Part shown: one piece after another, positions 34,164 through 45,061 of the stretch
How the letters are laid out: each line of letters starts with the position of its first letter
Numbering within the stretch: position 1 is the stretch's first letter
Origin: a virus
Lineage: Duplodnaviria; Caudoviricetes
Direction: 5' to 3' (one strand)
Length of the DNA stretch: 64,000 bases
Virus record (IMG/VR): IMGVR_UViG_3300042508_000526
Notes under the pieces: model-generated
Seen by the model: the letters and a program-made list of their open reading frames with translations, nothing else
Told to the model about the DNA's origin: nothing
The model's database searches: none
Program-made: the position numbers and the translations under genes

Positions 34164-35923
34164 TAGACCACCGTTAGCTTATTGAAAAATGTATACGATT
34201 GATTGGCGAACAAACCAACACCGCCAGTGACTTCGCCCGGATTGGCGATAGATGTAAAACCGTCAGCGAGTTGAATCATTGTGTCATTTCGCATCTCGGC
34301 TAGCGAGAAATTCACTGTGAGCGCGCTACCGCTGAGATTTAAACCTGCTGACAACTGATACCACGCGTTAACGCCGACCGGGATTGGAATGCTTGTTTCT
34401 TCTGTGAACGTATCGTTTGTGTAGTGCAGCACGCGCAGTTTTGCCCGCGTAACGTCGACGACTACAGCGACATATCGAGTCGTGACAATGTTTGTGGCGG
34501 TGTCTAATGTTTGGGTGTAGTTCAGCACGAGCCCGCCATTTCGGGCGACGCCGTTAGTGCCGACTTTTAACTGCGCTGTGACCGTGCGCCCAATTGCCCA
34601 GTCTGTCGCGCAGTTTTTTAGCAGTGCAATATTGAGCCCGCCGATGCCTGTTGATACGTATGTTCCGTGCTCTGTAAATGGGCTTAAAATTGTTTCTGGA
34701 TTAAATGTGCCGTCATTGCAGTTGTTGCACGGCGTGGGCGCTAACGTGTTTTGCCCAGAGAACAGCCCCGTCGCAGTTACGAAATAGTAGCCGGGCGGGC
34801 AGGCCAAAAAATCTACGCAAAGCGGTAGCGTTAAACACGGATAGTTGGCGTCTTCGAGCGTTTGGTCGACAATCTCGTCAATTATCTGTGTCGGGTCAGT
34901 CCAGCAGTATTCATCAATTACAATGTCGGTTTCTTCGTAGTTGTTGTTTTCCCAACGATAAATTTTGTTGTTGTCGTATGCGCGATATAGTTTGCCCGTC
35001 TCGCCGGCTACTGGAAACGCGCTTAAGCTGGCAAACGTTAAAACAGACTCGCCCGTTAAATCGCAGCAAAGATCGTTGTACTCTTGCGGCTTTTTTGGTT
35101 TGTTCGCTTCGCACACGGCGGCGAGACTTACGTCTGTAACAATGTCTGCGCCGCCGCACGTTTCAAATGGGCGATATGAGAAATCTGCAAACGTAATGTC
35201 GATGTTGCCGTTACAGTCGGGCGACACGCCGTTGATTGTTTCAATTGGCGTCTTTGCGCACGTACCGCTTTCTGGCCGCTGCCCGCAAGGACCTAGAAAG
35301 CTTGCGAGCGGGTTATAGTCTGCAGAGATATCTAAGCTTGATAGCCTAAATACTATCGCGGGGCTGTCAGGGTTACCGTCGCCGTCTGCGTCTATGACTT
35401 CGTACGTGGCGCTGACCGGCTCTGCGCCAACTAGCCGTACAATGCCTTCAAGCGCTGACCCGACGCCTAGCTTGCCTATAGTCGGAATTGGCAGCGGGCG
35501 ATATGCGCGCGCTGACCGCGGTTGCAGCAGCGTCTGTTTAGGCGTGGTATACCGGCCGGAAAAGTTGTCGGATACACCGGGCCCGAACACAACCCAACCG
35601 AATACGCCGGGAACAATGTCTTTAACGCTGTAGTGCACGTACGGCGTGACCGGCTTCATCACCGAGATTGCGCATATTGTCGTACCGGTGATGGCGTCAA
35701 TGTCGTTTGCAACGCCGAATACTGCGGTGACTAGTCCGGGCGAAACAGTTAGCCCCTGCACGTATAAATACTTACCCAGCGTGCTTGGGAACCTAATGTG
35801 GCAATCAACAAGAATGTCGTCGCGAATGAACGCGCCCACGTCGTCTACACCGGTACTGATATCGTCCAGCGGGTAGCGCCGCGTCGACTGGAGGTTGTAC
35901 CAATTTTGATTACGAATAGGCAT
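34163..35923 (-). CDS. Baseplate/fibre-associated protein, paralog 3, with C-terminal beta-sandwich
   Basis: WYNLQSTRRYPL, TINGVSPDCNGN. Confidence 0.65.
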   Translation of the reverse strand: MPIRNQNWYNLQSTRRYPLDDISTGVDDVGAFIRDDILVDCHIRFPSTLGKYLYVQGLTVSPGLVTAVFGVANDIDAITGTTICAISVMKPVTPYVHYSVKDIVPGVFGWVVFGPGVSDNFSGRYTTPKQTLLQPRSARAYRPLPIPTIGKLGVGSALEGIVRLVGAEPVSATYEVIDADGDGNPDSPAIVFRLSSLDISADYNPLASFLGPCGQRPESGTCAKTPIETINGVSPDCNGNIDITFADFSYRPFETCGGADIVTDVSLAAVCEANKPKKPQEYNDLCCDLTGESVLTFASLSAFPVAGETGKLYRAYDNNKIYRWENNNYEETDIVIDEYCWTDPTQIIDEIVDQTLEDANYPCLTLPLCVDFLACPPGYYFVTATGLFSGQNTLAPTPCNNCNDGTFNPETILSPFTEHGTYVSTGIGGLNIALLKNCATDWAIGRTVTAQLKVGTNGVARNGGLVLNYTQTLDTATNIVTTRYVAVVVDVTRAKLRVLHYTNDTFTEETSIPIPVGVNAWYQLSAGLNLSGSALTVNFSLAEMRNDTMIQLADGFTSIANPGEVTGGVGLFANQSYTFFNKLTVV

Positions 35924-35926
35924 GAT

Positions 35927-37603
35927 TTAGCACGGCAGTGTTGTGCGGCCCTCGCTGTCGCAGTTGAGCGTGCGCGTAGCTTCGGCGATCGCCGGCGGCG
36001 GCGGAGAACCGTCGGCAAGATTTTGTCCGCAATTCGGCAGTATCGGCAGTCCGCTGCTTAAATACGTTCCGGTTAATACGCCAGAAACTGCGTACGCACC
36101 GCGAGCTTTGATTGGCGTCGGCGGCGAGGTCGCATTGTCCAGTTGCGTAAATTTTACCCGAAAGCGCACATATGCTGAATCGCCAGCTTTTAATTGTGGC
36201 AGCGGCGCTGAATAACGTGTGCCGTTGTTGCTCACGGCAATACCCACAGCGGCGCCGTTTACACCGGGCGCGAAAATTTCGGTGTAGCCGCACTCTAACG
36301 TTGGCGTTACGGCGGTACCACTGGTGCCGCTGATACTCAGATCTACTGTTAGCTGCGTTGGCGGCACGCACGTTTCGCACGGATTGCACAGCATCATTAC
36401 GATGTCCATAAACGGGCACCGTTGCGGCACCATCAAAAGCCGTAACGGCTTTTGGACGCTACAGGACCGCTGATCGAGCCATCGCGCAATATTGTTTTCG
36501 TGCTCTGTGCGGACGCGCTCAGCGCGGCGCCCAATGAGTCGATATTGATTGCTGGTTTCGTTTAGATACTTTGCTGTATCGACATAATCTTCGCACGCGC
36601 AGCACGGCTGACAATCCGCGCCGATTTGTTGTTGCGCCGTAGCTGACGGGTTTGTCGCGTATTCAAGCTCCTCACCGTCGACCTGATTTTCCATTGTTAC
36701 GTAAGAGAAGATCGTGTCGTCTGTGATTACAAACTCTGTCGCCTCTGTGAGCAGTTTCGGGTAGAGCAGCACACTAGACACAGGGCGTCGCGCCCACAGG
36801 CAGTCTGCGCCACCGAGCAAGAAATCGCCGTTGTTGGCCGTGACGCCATTTATTTTTGATATGACGGGTAGCGTGGTGCCGCAGTTGCCGTATTTACCTC
36901 GTCCGCTACCTGCCACAGCGCTAAACGTTGTAGTCGTTACATTACGGAAATTTGTAACTGTTTGCGGGCCGGCGCTGATCTCGGTATTGAATCCGTTGGT
37001 AAAGACTACGTTGTTTCGGTAACGCGAGCTAAGCGCGCCGCCGTTGTTCACCCGCAGCGACAGCAGCCGCCGCGGCATTTTATACACCGCGCGCTCGTCT
37101 AGCCGCGCATTTAACGGGGCAAGATATTTGTTGTAGTTCCGCGGCGTGTCCTCGTCGCTAAGCTCGTTGTCGTCGTCTGGCCATGTTGTATATGCCACCA
37201 ACCGGCACACTGCGCGTGCTGTTTTCCACTCGTAAATCTTGTAATCGTCGCTCCAGTTTTGGACGAAAAAAGTTGCGTCCGCGGTATTCGTATTTAAGAT
37301 GACGCGGTCTGTGGCGTCGACGATTACGATATCGGCAGCGTGTACATTTGCGGGAAACGAGCTGATTGGGGGATTGTCTACGCAGCCTACGCCGTACAGA
37401 TACTTGATGCGCAGCGGATGCACAGCGGCCGGAATAGTCTCCGAATACTCGCCGTCATCGTCGTAGCTGAGATAGAAATCCGCCAGCAGATATTTGATAT
37501 CCGCGGACGGCGCCACAAGCGGAAAATTCAAACCGCTTTGAGGCTGCACGACGCCGATTCCGGCGCGACCGTTTTTTGATAGCGTAAAGTCGGGGCAAGT
37601 CAT
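35927..37603 (-). CDS. Baseplate/fibre-associated protein, paralog 2
   Basis: LNFPL, KINGVTANNGD, CQPCCAC plus coiled coil. Confidence 0.6.
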   Translation of the reverse strand: MTCPDFTLSKNGRAGIGVVQPQSGLNFPLVAPSADIKYLLADFYLSYDDDGEYSETIPAAVHPLRIKYLYGVGCVDNPPISSFPANVHAADIVIVDATDRVILNTNTADATFFVQNWSDDYKIYEWKTARAVCRLVAYTTWPDDDNELSDEDTPRNYNKYLAPLNARLDERAVYKMPRRLLSLRVNNGGALSSRYRNNVVFTNGFNTEISAGPQTVTNFRNVTTTTFSAVAGSGRGKYGNCGTTLPVISKINGVTANNGDFLLGGADCLWARRPVSSVLLYPKLLTEATEFVITDDTIFSYVTMENQVDGEELEYATNPSATAQQQIGADCQPCCACEDYVDTAKYLNETSNQYRLIGRRAERVRTEHENNIARWLDQRSCSVQKPLRLLMVPQRCPFMDIVMMLCNPCETCVPPTQLTVDLSISGTSGTAVTPTLECGYTEIFAPGVNGAAVGIAVSNNGTRYSAPLPQLKAGDSAYVRFRVKFTQLDNATSPPTPIKARGAYAVSGVLTGTYLSSGLPILPNCGQNLADGSPPPPAIAEATRTLNCDSEGRTTLPC

Positions 37604-37606
37604 TGG

Positions 37607-38557
37607 TCACCCCGATGTTGTGCAGCCTGAGTCGCCGAGCCGGCTGCCCAGCACAACGAGACTCATTTGCGTTACTTCTGATCCGAGTCGCGTGACAAAG
37701 TTTTGCAACGTTGTAACGCCGTCGCCGAACCGATTGAGCTGGTCGATAATAGCGTCCAACTCCGTGCAACCGCAGCAGGGCTGTGCGCACGTGTCAGCGA
37801 TCTTGAGCCCGTTCGGTATCGGCGTAATTGTTACGCAATCGTCTTGCGACAGTACAAAATTGCCGTCGCTGGTGCACACGCCGTTAATGCAGCGAATGCA
37901 CTCTCCGGTGTCAGGCACGTCGCAGTAGCAATCTTCGTTCAGGTTTAGCCCGGAGATCGCGTCAAATCGGATATGTGTTTCGCCGGCTACTGTCGCTGCG
38001 GTAATTCTGATGTTATTTCCAGCCACAAGCGTGACGTCGCCGTAAATCGCGTCGCTGTACTCTGTGTTGTTAAAAATACGCAGGCGCGATACGCCGCGGA
38101 TCATTGGTCGGATAGCGTCTGGCTCCAGCGCTGTCCCGGCGTAATCAAACGTGTATAGCCCGGGCGCAATCTGATCGATTTCGTCAAGATTGCCGAGCGC
38201 GACGTGCCCGACGCAATCGTCAAAGTCGCCGATGCCGCCCAGCGCGTACGAGCGGTTAGCTTGATAGTTGCTGCGGACAATATTTGCCGCGGCGACGTCT
38301 ACGCTAGATGTTCCGTTGTAATAGCCAACGGTGATGTTAAAACCAGTCGGGGCTATCAGTACACTACTGATAAAAAAATTGCTGGGAGCGAATGATAACC
38401 CCGAGTGAATTGGTAAATACAAAGCAACAATAAAACTATCCGGCAGCCGTATAGCTCCGGTAGCTTCAGTGCTTTTCTTTGTGGCCCGTTCTGTCAGCGG
38501 ATAGGAGCGCTGCGAATTGTGGTTGAGCCACTGTAGGTTCCAGTTTCCAATAGGCAT
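37607..38557 (-). CDS. Baseplate/fibre-associated protein, paralog 1
   Basis: WLNHNSQRSYPL, IYGDVTLVAG, CINGVCTSDGN, QPCCGC plus coiled coil. Confidence 0.65.
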   Translation of the reverse strand: MPIGNWNLQWLNHNSQRSYPLTERATKKSTEATGAIRLPDSFIVALYLPIHSGLSFAPSNFFISSVLIAPTGFNITVGYYNGTSSVDVAAANIVRSNYQANRSYALGGIGDFDDCVGHVALGNLDEIDQIAPGLYTFDYAGTALEPDAIRPMIRGVSRLRIFNNTEYSDAIYGDVTLVAGNNIRITAATVAGETHIRFDAISGLNLNEDCYCDVPDTGECIRCINGVCTSDGNFVLSQDDCVTITPIPNGLKIADTCAQPCCGCTELDAIIDQLNRFGDGVTTLQNFVTRLGSEVTQMSLVVLGSRLGDSGCTTSG

Positions 38558-38574
38558 GGCGGCTCACACAGTGC

Positions 38575-40473
38575 TTAAGTTGTGCTGTAAACAATTCCAG
38601 TAATCCTCAGTACGCCGACCTCTCCGTATACGTCCGCAGGATTTTCATCGCGGCCTATTGTAAACAGCACCGTATCGCCTTGGCTGACTCCAAACGGCGC
38701 GCTTTCTCGCTGGATGACTTTGTCCATCAGCAGCGAGATTGCCGGCAGCGGCGCGATTGGTGTATCAGCTGAAATTAAACCAATACCCGTGTTATTAGTC
38801 AGCGCTGGCGCGGGCAGTACGCGGTAAGACATGTACAGCGACGGCAATAACGCCGCCTGCTGCGCCGAGCCGCCGCGCCCGAAATACTGAACGCGAACTT
38901 TCATGTTCAAATTGTCGCCGATGTTTTGCCCCGGCACATTGAAACGCACGCGCAACAGAGACGCCTGCCCGTACGGAAAACCGATGTACGGAATATCCAT
39001 GTATAAGCGCTCTACGGTGTCGCTAAGCCTGATAATCTGCGGCGACAACTCGCGCTCGACTAATTGATCTGTATAGTCGATCTGCAACACGCCTTGCTGC
39101 AGCATGATCGTATTAGTCGTGCTCAGCTCTAACGCTTCTTTTTCAGCTGTAGTCAGCGCGCGTTCTTGTACGCCCTTGATGCTGATCTGATTCGATACCG
39201 TGAACGCGCCTTCGGCAACCCAGCCGCGTTTTAATTTCTTACCGGCTACAATTTGTTTGACTGCCTGACCGCCCAGCGCCTCGCCGGCGGCGTATTGCAT
39301 ATTGAGGTCAAGCCGAAGATCGCCTGTTGTGGCCGGCGCGCCTGCGCAGTTTGTGACCACAATCGGGCTTTCGTCGATATCCGGCTCGATGCTGGTTACG
39401 ACATTTCTGTCGTTGCCCAGTAACATCCGTAAAAACACGACAGACAGCCGCATTGTTTCTTCACGCGGGCACTCTTCAACACCCGGCGTAACTGGCGTCT
39501 CTGCGACAGTTGTATCTAACGTCGCCGGCCACGGAACATCGCCGTAGCAGTTGCTCATCCACCAGATGCCATTTGTGTCGCATACGACGAGACCTTGCGC
39601 GCCTAGCGGAACTTCCGTGGCGCCTACATGGTTTTCGCCTTTGTCCCAGAGAACCGCCACCGACTGAATGGGTAGCGGCGGCCATACGTTAGATAGCGCC
39701 GGATGCGCGTTTAAGTTGTAACCGAACAACGCGCCAGCCGGCGCCTTGTTATTAAAAACGCTGTGCGACACCGGCAACCAACCGGGCGTAGTAGCGCTTG
39801 TATCGCTTTCACTTTCTTCGTTGACTGTTATTACGTGCTCATCGCCGGTGTTTGGCGGCTCGTGCGGGCCGGCGGGGCGACAAACCAAATCGAACCGGTA
39901 GTGCGTGTGTTCGTCGATAAAGTCGCGCACGTGCGGCATGACAACAACGCGCGGCACAGTAGAGCACGCATCTTTTGGGCCGAGTACTTGGCAAACAAAT
40001 ACCGACACCGCGGGGCGCTGCTTCACCAGTTTGCCGCATGTTGTGCCGGACAAGTAATAGCGCCCGGGAGCGATCGGGCCTGTGATCGCGTTTTGTAGCT
40101 CCGGCATGTCCACGACGCCGTGCAGCACAACGTCAGCCAGCGTTTCGCCTTTTTTGCGCAAACACATACCGACGCAATCAGACGACGGAAGCACGACGAG
40201 TGTTTGCGACGTCGCGTCTGTTTCTACAGCTGCTTGCGCGCGCTCATAGCGTTTCTCTGTCGAGTTCCAGTAAACCGGATGCCCCGCAAGCACGTCAGGC
40301 GCTACGGTGGCGTCAGTGTCGAAAATAGCTTGTCCGAGCGCAGCGGCGTCAAGCCGGTCGCGAAGGTAGTCGGTACGGTTTTCAAGCGTGCGGTCGGGGC
40401 GCGATACAACGCCAGCCTGCACCGGCTCGCCCGGCGTTACGTGTTTAATATTATGTAGCCAGTTACCGGACAT
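38575..40473 (-). CDS. Tail fibre proximal/anchor protein
   Basis: N-terminal GEPVQAGVVSRPDRTLENRTDYLRDRL resembles myovirus fibre N-termini; position after the wedge genes. Confidence 0.55.
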   Translation of the reverse strand: MSGNWLHNIKHVTPGEPVQAGVVSRPDRTLENRTDYLRDRLDAAALGQAIFDTDATVAPDVLAGHPVYWNSTEKRYERAQAAVETDATSQTLVVLPSSDCVGMCLRKKGETLADVVLHGVVDMPELQNAITGPIAPGRYYLSGTTCGKLVKQRPAVSVFVCQVLGPKDACSTVPRVVVMPHVRDFIDEHTHYRFDLVCRPAGPHEPPNTGDEHVITVNEESESDTSATTPGWLPVSHSVFNNKAPAGALFGYNLNAHPALSNVWPPLPIQSVAVLWDKGENHVGATEVPLGAQGLVVCDTNGIWWMSNCYGDVPWPATLDTTVAETPVTPGVEECPREETMRLSVVFLRMLLGNDRNVVTSIEPDIDESPIVVTNCAGAPATTGDLRLDLNMQYAAGEALGGQAVKQIVAGKKLKRGWVAEGAFTVSNQISIKGVQERALTTAEKEALELSTTNTIMLQQGVLQIDYTDQLVERELSPQIIRLSDTVERLYMDIPYIGFPYGQASLLRVRFNVPGQNIGDNLNMKVRVQYFGRGGSAQQAALLPSLYMSYRVLPAPALTNNTGIGLISADTPIAPLPAISLLMDKVIQRESAPFGVSQGDTVLFTIGRDENPADVYGEVGVLRITGIVYSTT

Positions 40474-40480
40474 CCTGTCC
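40468..40480 (-). promoter_or_regulatory. CsrB-type ACAGGAUGU hairpin over the start codon
   Basis: GGAC-AGGAU-GUCC including the AUG, preceded by GGAGG. Confidence 0.5.
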
Positions 40481-40500
40481 TCCGGCGGTTAAATGCGTGT

Positions 40501-41130
40501 TTACAGAAACGCGATATCCCAAGTGATACCGATTTGCGACGACGGTTCTTTTGTGACCTGATTCGCGCCGCTGAATTGTGTGCGGGCAAAAATAACGTCC
40601 TTTGTGCGGTCACTAAAGTCCGGCGTTGCGACAAGGCACGCGGCGTAAACCTTGCTACTTGTGCCGAACGCCCGAGACGATTCCGGATACACGGCGTTCG
40701 CGCCCGCCGTCTGCGCAAAGAATGTCAACTGGTTACCGGACTGATTGACCGGTAAGTTGCCGTCATACCCGCTCGATACGCTCAACGCCGGCTCAAGGCT
40801 CAGCGGCACGCGCAGATAGTTTTTCGTCGTCGACGACGACAAGCCGTTGTAATAATCGATTCCGATATCGCGATTAAACGCTGGCGTAGAAATAACGCTA
40901 GCAGTATTTGCTAGATTTTCGTACTCGATGTACATCGCTGAGATATGGTAATCGGCACGGTCGGCTTGCCGCCTGTAGCCGATTTGTTTTGCCGCAATGT
41001 AACCCCACGTGTACTGGATCTGATTTGGCTGCGAAAAAACCGGGAGTTTAAGTCCGGTCCGGTCGTCGACGCGCCACACCGCGACATGACCTTTGACGCC
41101 AAATACTGAATTGATAGTGTCTGCAGCCAT
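40501..41130 (-). CDS. Baseplate-associated virion protein
   Basis: Beta-rich; position in the baseplate operon; AAGGA RBS. Confidence 0.55.
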   Translation of the reverse strand: MAADTINSVFGVKGHVAVWRVDDRTGLKLPVFSQPNQIQYTWGYIAAKQIGYRRQADRADYHISAMYIEYENLANTASVISTPAFNRDIGIDYYNGLSSSTTKNYLRVPLSLEPALSVSSGYDGNLPVNQSGNQLTFFAQTAGANAVYPESSRAFGTSSKVYAACLVATPDFSDRTKDVIFARTQFSGANQVTKEPSSQIGITWDIAFL

Positions 41131-41139
41131 AGTAAATCC

Positions 41140-42861
41140 TTATTGGCATGTGCCAGATATTAGTCTGGCCGTAGCGCCCAAATCGACCACATTTTGGGGT
41201 GTTGTAAGGGTATCTGTTACCGGTGTCATACCGCGGAAGTACGTAACTGTTTCGTTAAGTTGGCTTTCGGCGTTTACCACGTCTTTATCGGCATCCAGCT
41301 CGAAAATTACGAGCATAGCCGTTTGCGGCGGTAAAAGTTGGCGCAGATGCCTTATATTGTACAGCCCGAGTCTATTTTGCCCCAACGCCGAAACTAAAAT
41401 TCGCACTGTAAACACGTTGTTACGCAGCACGTTTTCAACGAGAAAACGCAGCGGATTTATTGTTGTCGGTAAATGTTGCGCCGTTGGCTCGCCCTCTGGA
41501 TTTACGCGCCGGTCCAGTAAGTGCGCAAGCGTACCTTTCCGCCGAGTGGGGTGGCACGGATCTGTCGGACTTTGCGCCGCGGCAATGCCCCGCGCGTGAA
41601 TTTCGTCGAAAAAGTATTCGACGTCTGCTGGATGTCCGCCGACGCGAAATTTAATGTATGTGTAATCGCTGGGGTGCGCAGAGTCTATCTCCAGCGGCAC
41701 GATACGATTTTCGAAGACAAGATCAGAGTAGAAGCAGGCTGCGATAAAACTGTTATCCAGCGCTAGCGCCGTAATAGGTCGGCGTGTCGGGCATGTTTCC
41801 GCGTTTGGATCTAGAATAATGTCGTCATTGTTTTCTGTTGTGACTGCCTCCCACGTATGCGTTATCAGCGTGTCATTAGGCGCCGGACAACACACAAGGT
41901 CATTTGCGCTGTTGTTTGGGATGTAGGCGTTGCCGATAAAAAACTCTGTGATTTCGATGGCGGTTACAAGTGGTGTTCCCGCCACAATGTGCTGCTCTGG
42001 CGCCACACTCGCTACAGCGTTTTCTGGAAAGCGGTAGACATTTTTATCGGTCACGATAAGCAGCCCCGCGGCGTCGTGCGTGACGACTTCTACTGTTTCT
42101 TGCGGTTCAAGACTAACTGGCAGTCCGCAAATGGCAGCTAAAGCGGTGTCAATGATAGCGGCTGTTGCGCCACCCTCGACGAGCCCGCTGATGATTGCGT
42201 TGGTAAGATCTTTGTAGCCCTGACTTGTTTGTAGCCGCAGACCAACGGTATACGCGAACTGTTCAAATACAAAGTCATAGTCGAACTGTCCGCGAAACCC
42301 CCACAGCGTTATTTCTTCGTCAGGGGCGGCTGCGTCAGTTACCGGTCGCTTTAAAAACGCGGCGTTATCGAACGGATTTGTTCGAAATATGATGGCGCGT
42401 CTTTCTAGATCGATTGTGAAATCAACATTTTTAACCAGCACGGCAGTCGGGAACGTAATTCGGTTAAACAACTGCTGCACGTTTACCAGCTTGTCGGGCA
42501 GCGGAAACGAAAACAATTCCGTGTTTTCTGGCACATCAAAAAATAGCTTTCCATCAAATGCAGCTGTAGTGCGGTCGAATAACGCAAGCGACGTGCGCGA
42601 CGAATTTTGCGCTGAGCGGCGCAGCACGATCGGCGTGATGTATTCGGTGTGGAAAAGCGGCGTGTCGTATCGGCTGGTAGCGGCGACAACTTCGAGCAGG
42701 TTTAGATATGTTTGATTAGCTACTAAAGCTGTACCAGTTGCATACGATTCAATTTGATCTGACGCTTCGTAGATGCGTGACCAAAAGCTGCCGAGCGCCG
42801 CAATTAAATTGCGGCTACGGTCGAAGTCGGACCCGGGATATGTAAATGTGCGCTTGTGCAT
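41140..42861 (-). CDS. Baseplate wedge subunit (gpI/gp7-like position)
   Basis: Follows baseplate J; LGSFWS N-terminal motif; IRHLRQLLPPQT C-terminal motif. Confidence 0.55.
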   Translation of the reverse strand: MHKRTFTYPGSDFDRSRNLIAALGSFWSRIYEASDQIESYATGTALVANQTYLNLLEVVAATSRYDTPLFHTEYITPIVLRRSAQNSSRTSLALFDRTTAAFDGKLFFDVPENTELFSFPLPDKLVNVQQLFNRITFPTAVLVKNVDFTIDLERRAIIFRTNPFDNAAFLKRPVTDAAAPDEEITLWGFRGQFDYDFVFEQFAYTVGLRLQTSQGYKDLTNAIISGLVEGGATAAIIDTALAAICGLPVSLEPQETVEVVTHDAAGLLIVTDKNVYRFPENAVASVAPEQHIVAGTPLVTAIEITEFFIGNAYIPNNSANDLVCCPAPNDTLITHTWEAVTTENNDDIILDPNAETCPTRRPITALALDNSFIAACFYSDLVFENRIVPLEIDSAHPSDYTYIKFRVGGHPADVEYFFDEIHARGIAAAQSPTDPCHPTRRKGTLAHLLDRRVNPEGEPTAQHLPTTINPLRFLVENVLRNNVFTVRILVSALGQNRLGLYNIRHLRQLLPPQTAMLVIFELDADKDVVNAESQLNETVTYFRGMTPVTDTLTTPQNVVDLGATARLISGTCQ

Positions 42862-42862
42862 G

Positions 42863-44575
42863 TTAGCTCAAAAAGTCAACCGCTACGATGGATACAGACA
42901 CGTCTTCTGGCGCGGTTAAAAACGCCGTCGTGCGTCCGGTGACAAGCTTTTCGTATTCCGCCGGCAGCTGCAAGATTGTGTTGTTGCGCACAAATGTTGT
43001 TGTGCCGTCCGGCCGCCGGATACGCCCAAACATATCAATACTGCCGAGCGCCTGTTTGCCCGACAAGTATTTGTGAACAACATTGCTTATGTTTGACGCG
43101 TGCAATTGACCGGAGAAGCCAGTCGCAGCGACCGCCATGCTCACAGCCTCGCGAATTGCCGCGATATCCGGATCTGCCTCGCTTGCCGACTTGCGGATTT
43201 CAAATGAAATTTTTGTAAAGCACGGCACAGCTGCCCGCACGAGGACGTCTGTGCCACGCGGCCTATGTTCGCGCGCAGATATAAGGTCCTGCATTTCTGC
43301 AATAAGCGGCATTCCTTTTGTTGTGACTGCATAGATCTTTTTGCTTTGTCCGGCAATCAGGCTGGCGGCCGGCTGGGTATCAGTATCCTCGAATTGAATT
43401 ACCGCCGTCTGATATCGCGTGTATGTGCTTTCGTACGTGTATAGAATATCGGGCACGAAATCCAGTTCACTGAAATCGCGACCGCGTGTGTCTAGTACAA
43501 CGCCGTAGCCGCTGTTGTTCGGCGCGTTTGGCGGCGCTACGCGAGACACCTCATAAAAGCCGGGCGCTAACGACCGCGGAATGACAACCTGCCAAATCGT
43601 GCCCGGCTGCGTTGAGATTCCGATGCCAGACGGCCCGCAATTATTGTTAGCGGTGCGCGTGTAGGCTGCGTTGGGTCCGATATACACGGCTTCTAATAAG
43701 TGCTCAATTTCTTGCGCGTAACTATTTGTCTGCGCATAAACATCAACTTTTCCGCCGCCAGAGATCGGAAACAGCCCGTGCTGATCTCGTTGCTGTTCCG
43801 CGTCGCCGCAGCCGAGAATAGACAGGTGCAGCGTGTTTGAGAACTCTGGTTGATTAAGCACAAACGCAGCATAGCTTTGTCGGCTACCGATTGTCTTAGC
43901 CGCCAACGCCGGCGCTAATTTTGCAAGATACTCTTCGTTTGTACTTGGGTCTTTGCCGCGGATAAAGTCTGACGTTGCGTATACACTGGCTACGTTGTTT
44001 AGCACGCTGCTGGGGACAAGCGGTGTGCCGCGGCGAATATTGCCAGAAGCGCCAACCGCGACTGCGCGGACCGTAATGTTTGCCGCGTATGTGCCGTCAC
44101 CCACTGCGATCATCTTGCGTTCATTTGCCGCACTTGTCGTAGCCGTCGGTGGCAGCGCAACAAACGCGGCAGTTGGCACAAAGACTACTTGGCTGTTTTC
44201 TTCAGTAAACCGCGTGGCCAGCGGAATAGCCGTACGCGTAGGACCGTTAAAAATGACCGTCACAACACCGACCGCGGGCGTGCCGTTGTCGCGCGCAATA
44301 TTGAAATTTGACAGAACATTGTCAACGATTTCGGTATCAGCTAGCGTCGGGTCTTCGGTGATTTTCAGCAGACTGTTACTGGCGCGCACACGGTCGATGT
44401 TTTCCTGAATTGCCGCGTTGAGCAAACCATCAAAATACAGCACGAGGTCGTGGAACACGCCTCGGGTCAGTTCAACCTCCGGGTGGCGCTCCGCCATCCA
44501 CTGCGACAACGTCGCAACCATGCTCTGTACTTTTGTGTCGTCTAGCTGCGACAGGCTTGAAATTTCAATCGGCAT
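42863..44575 (-). CDS. Baseplate J-like wedge protein
   Basis: VELTRGVFHDLV...PAVGVVTV...IPLATRF...VRAVAVGASGNI...GGKVDVY. Confidence 0.8.
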   Translation of the reverse strand: MPIEISSLSQLDDTKVQSMVATLSQWMAERHPEVELTRGVFHDLVLYFDGLLNAAIQENIDRVRASNSLLKITEDPTLADTEIVDNVLSNFNIARDNGTPAVGVVTVIFNGPTRTAIPLATRFTEENSQVVFVPTAAFVALPPTATTSAANERKMIAVGDGTYAANITVRAVAVGASGNIRRGTPLVPSSVLNNVASVYATSDFIRGKDPSTNEEYLAKLAPALAAKTIGSRQSYAAFVLNQPEFSNTLHLSILGCGDAEQQRDQHGLFPISGGGKVDVYAQTNSYAQEIEHLLEAVYIGPNAAYTRTANNNCGPSGIGISTQPGTIWQVVIPRSLAPGFYEVSRVAPPNAPNNSGYGVVLDTRGRDFSELDFVPDILYTYESTYTRYQTAVIQFEDTDTQPAASLIAGQSKKIYAVTTKGMPLIAEMQDLISAREHRPRGTDVLVRAAVPCFTKISFEIRKSASEADPDIAAIREAVSMAVAATGFSGQLHASNISNVVHKYLSGKQALGSIDMFGRIRRPDGTTTFVRNNTILQLPAEYEKLVTGRTTAFLTAPEDVSVSIVAVDFLS

Positions 44576-44582
44576 TTTGCAC

Positions 44583-45050
44583 CTATGGCATTGTTTCTAT
44601 TGGCAGAATGATGGCGCGCTCGTCGCCGGCGTTGCTAATAATCATGACGCGCAGGTTTAAGTACCCGGGCAGGATAGCGACGGACACGAGATCAGCGTCT
44701 GAGAACCTTTCGTCGTCTGGCATGCCGTCGTACTCTTCAGCCCGCAGGGTAGCGCGTACCCGAATAGCCGCGGCGTAAAAGCTTTGCGCGACGTCGAGTT
44801 GTGTGCGTAATTTGCCCTGTCGAACGAGGGTCATAAAGTCAGAGCCGCGGTTTGGCAGTCCCGGCATAGAGCCTTTTTCTGTTAAAAACTCCAGCGCCCA
44901 TCGTTGCGCCAGTTTCTGTATACCGACGCAAAGTTTTCCAGCGGTGTCCTCGTTGTATAATTCGAGCCCCAACTTGCTTTCGCGCGCCGTATTGACGTTT
45001 TGAAAAGCAAGAAAATCGTATTTTCGGTTGGCGTAGTCCGCTATGCTCAT
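44583..45050 (-). CDS. GPW/gp25-like baseplate protein (sheath initiator)
   Basis: GIQKLAQR...FLTEKGS.P..PNRGSD motif, directly upstream of baseplate J. Confidence 0.7.
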   Translation of the reverse strand: MSIADYANRKYDFLAFQNVNTARESKLGLELYNEDTAGKLCVGIQKLAQRWALEFLTEKGSMPGLPNRGSDFMTLVRQGKLRTQLDVAQSFYAAAIRVRATLRAEEYDGMPDDERFSDADLVSVAILPGYLNLRVMIISNAGDERAIILPIETMP

Positions 45051-45061
45051 TTAAACACCAG

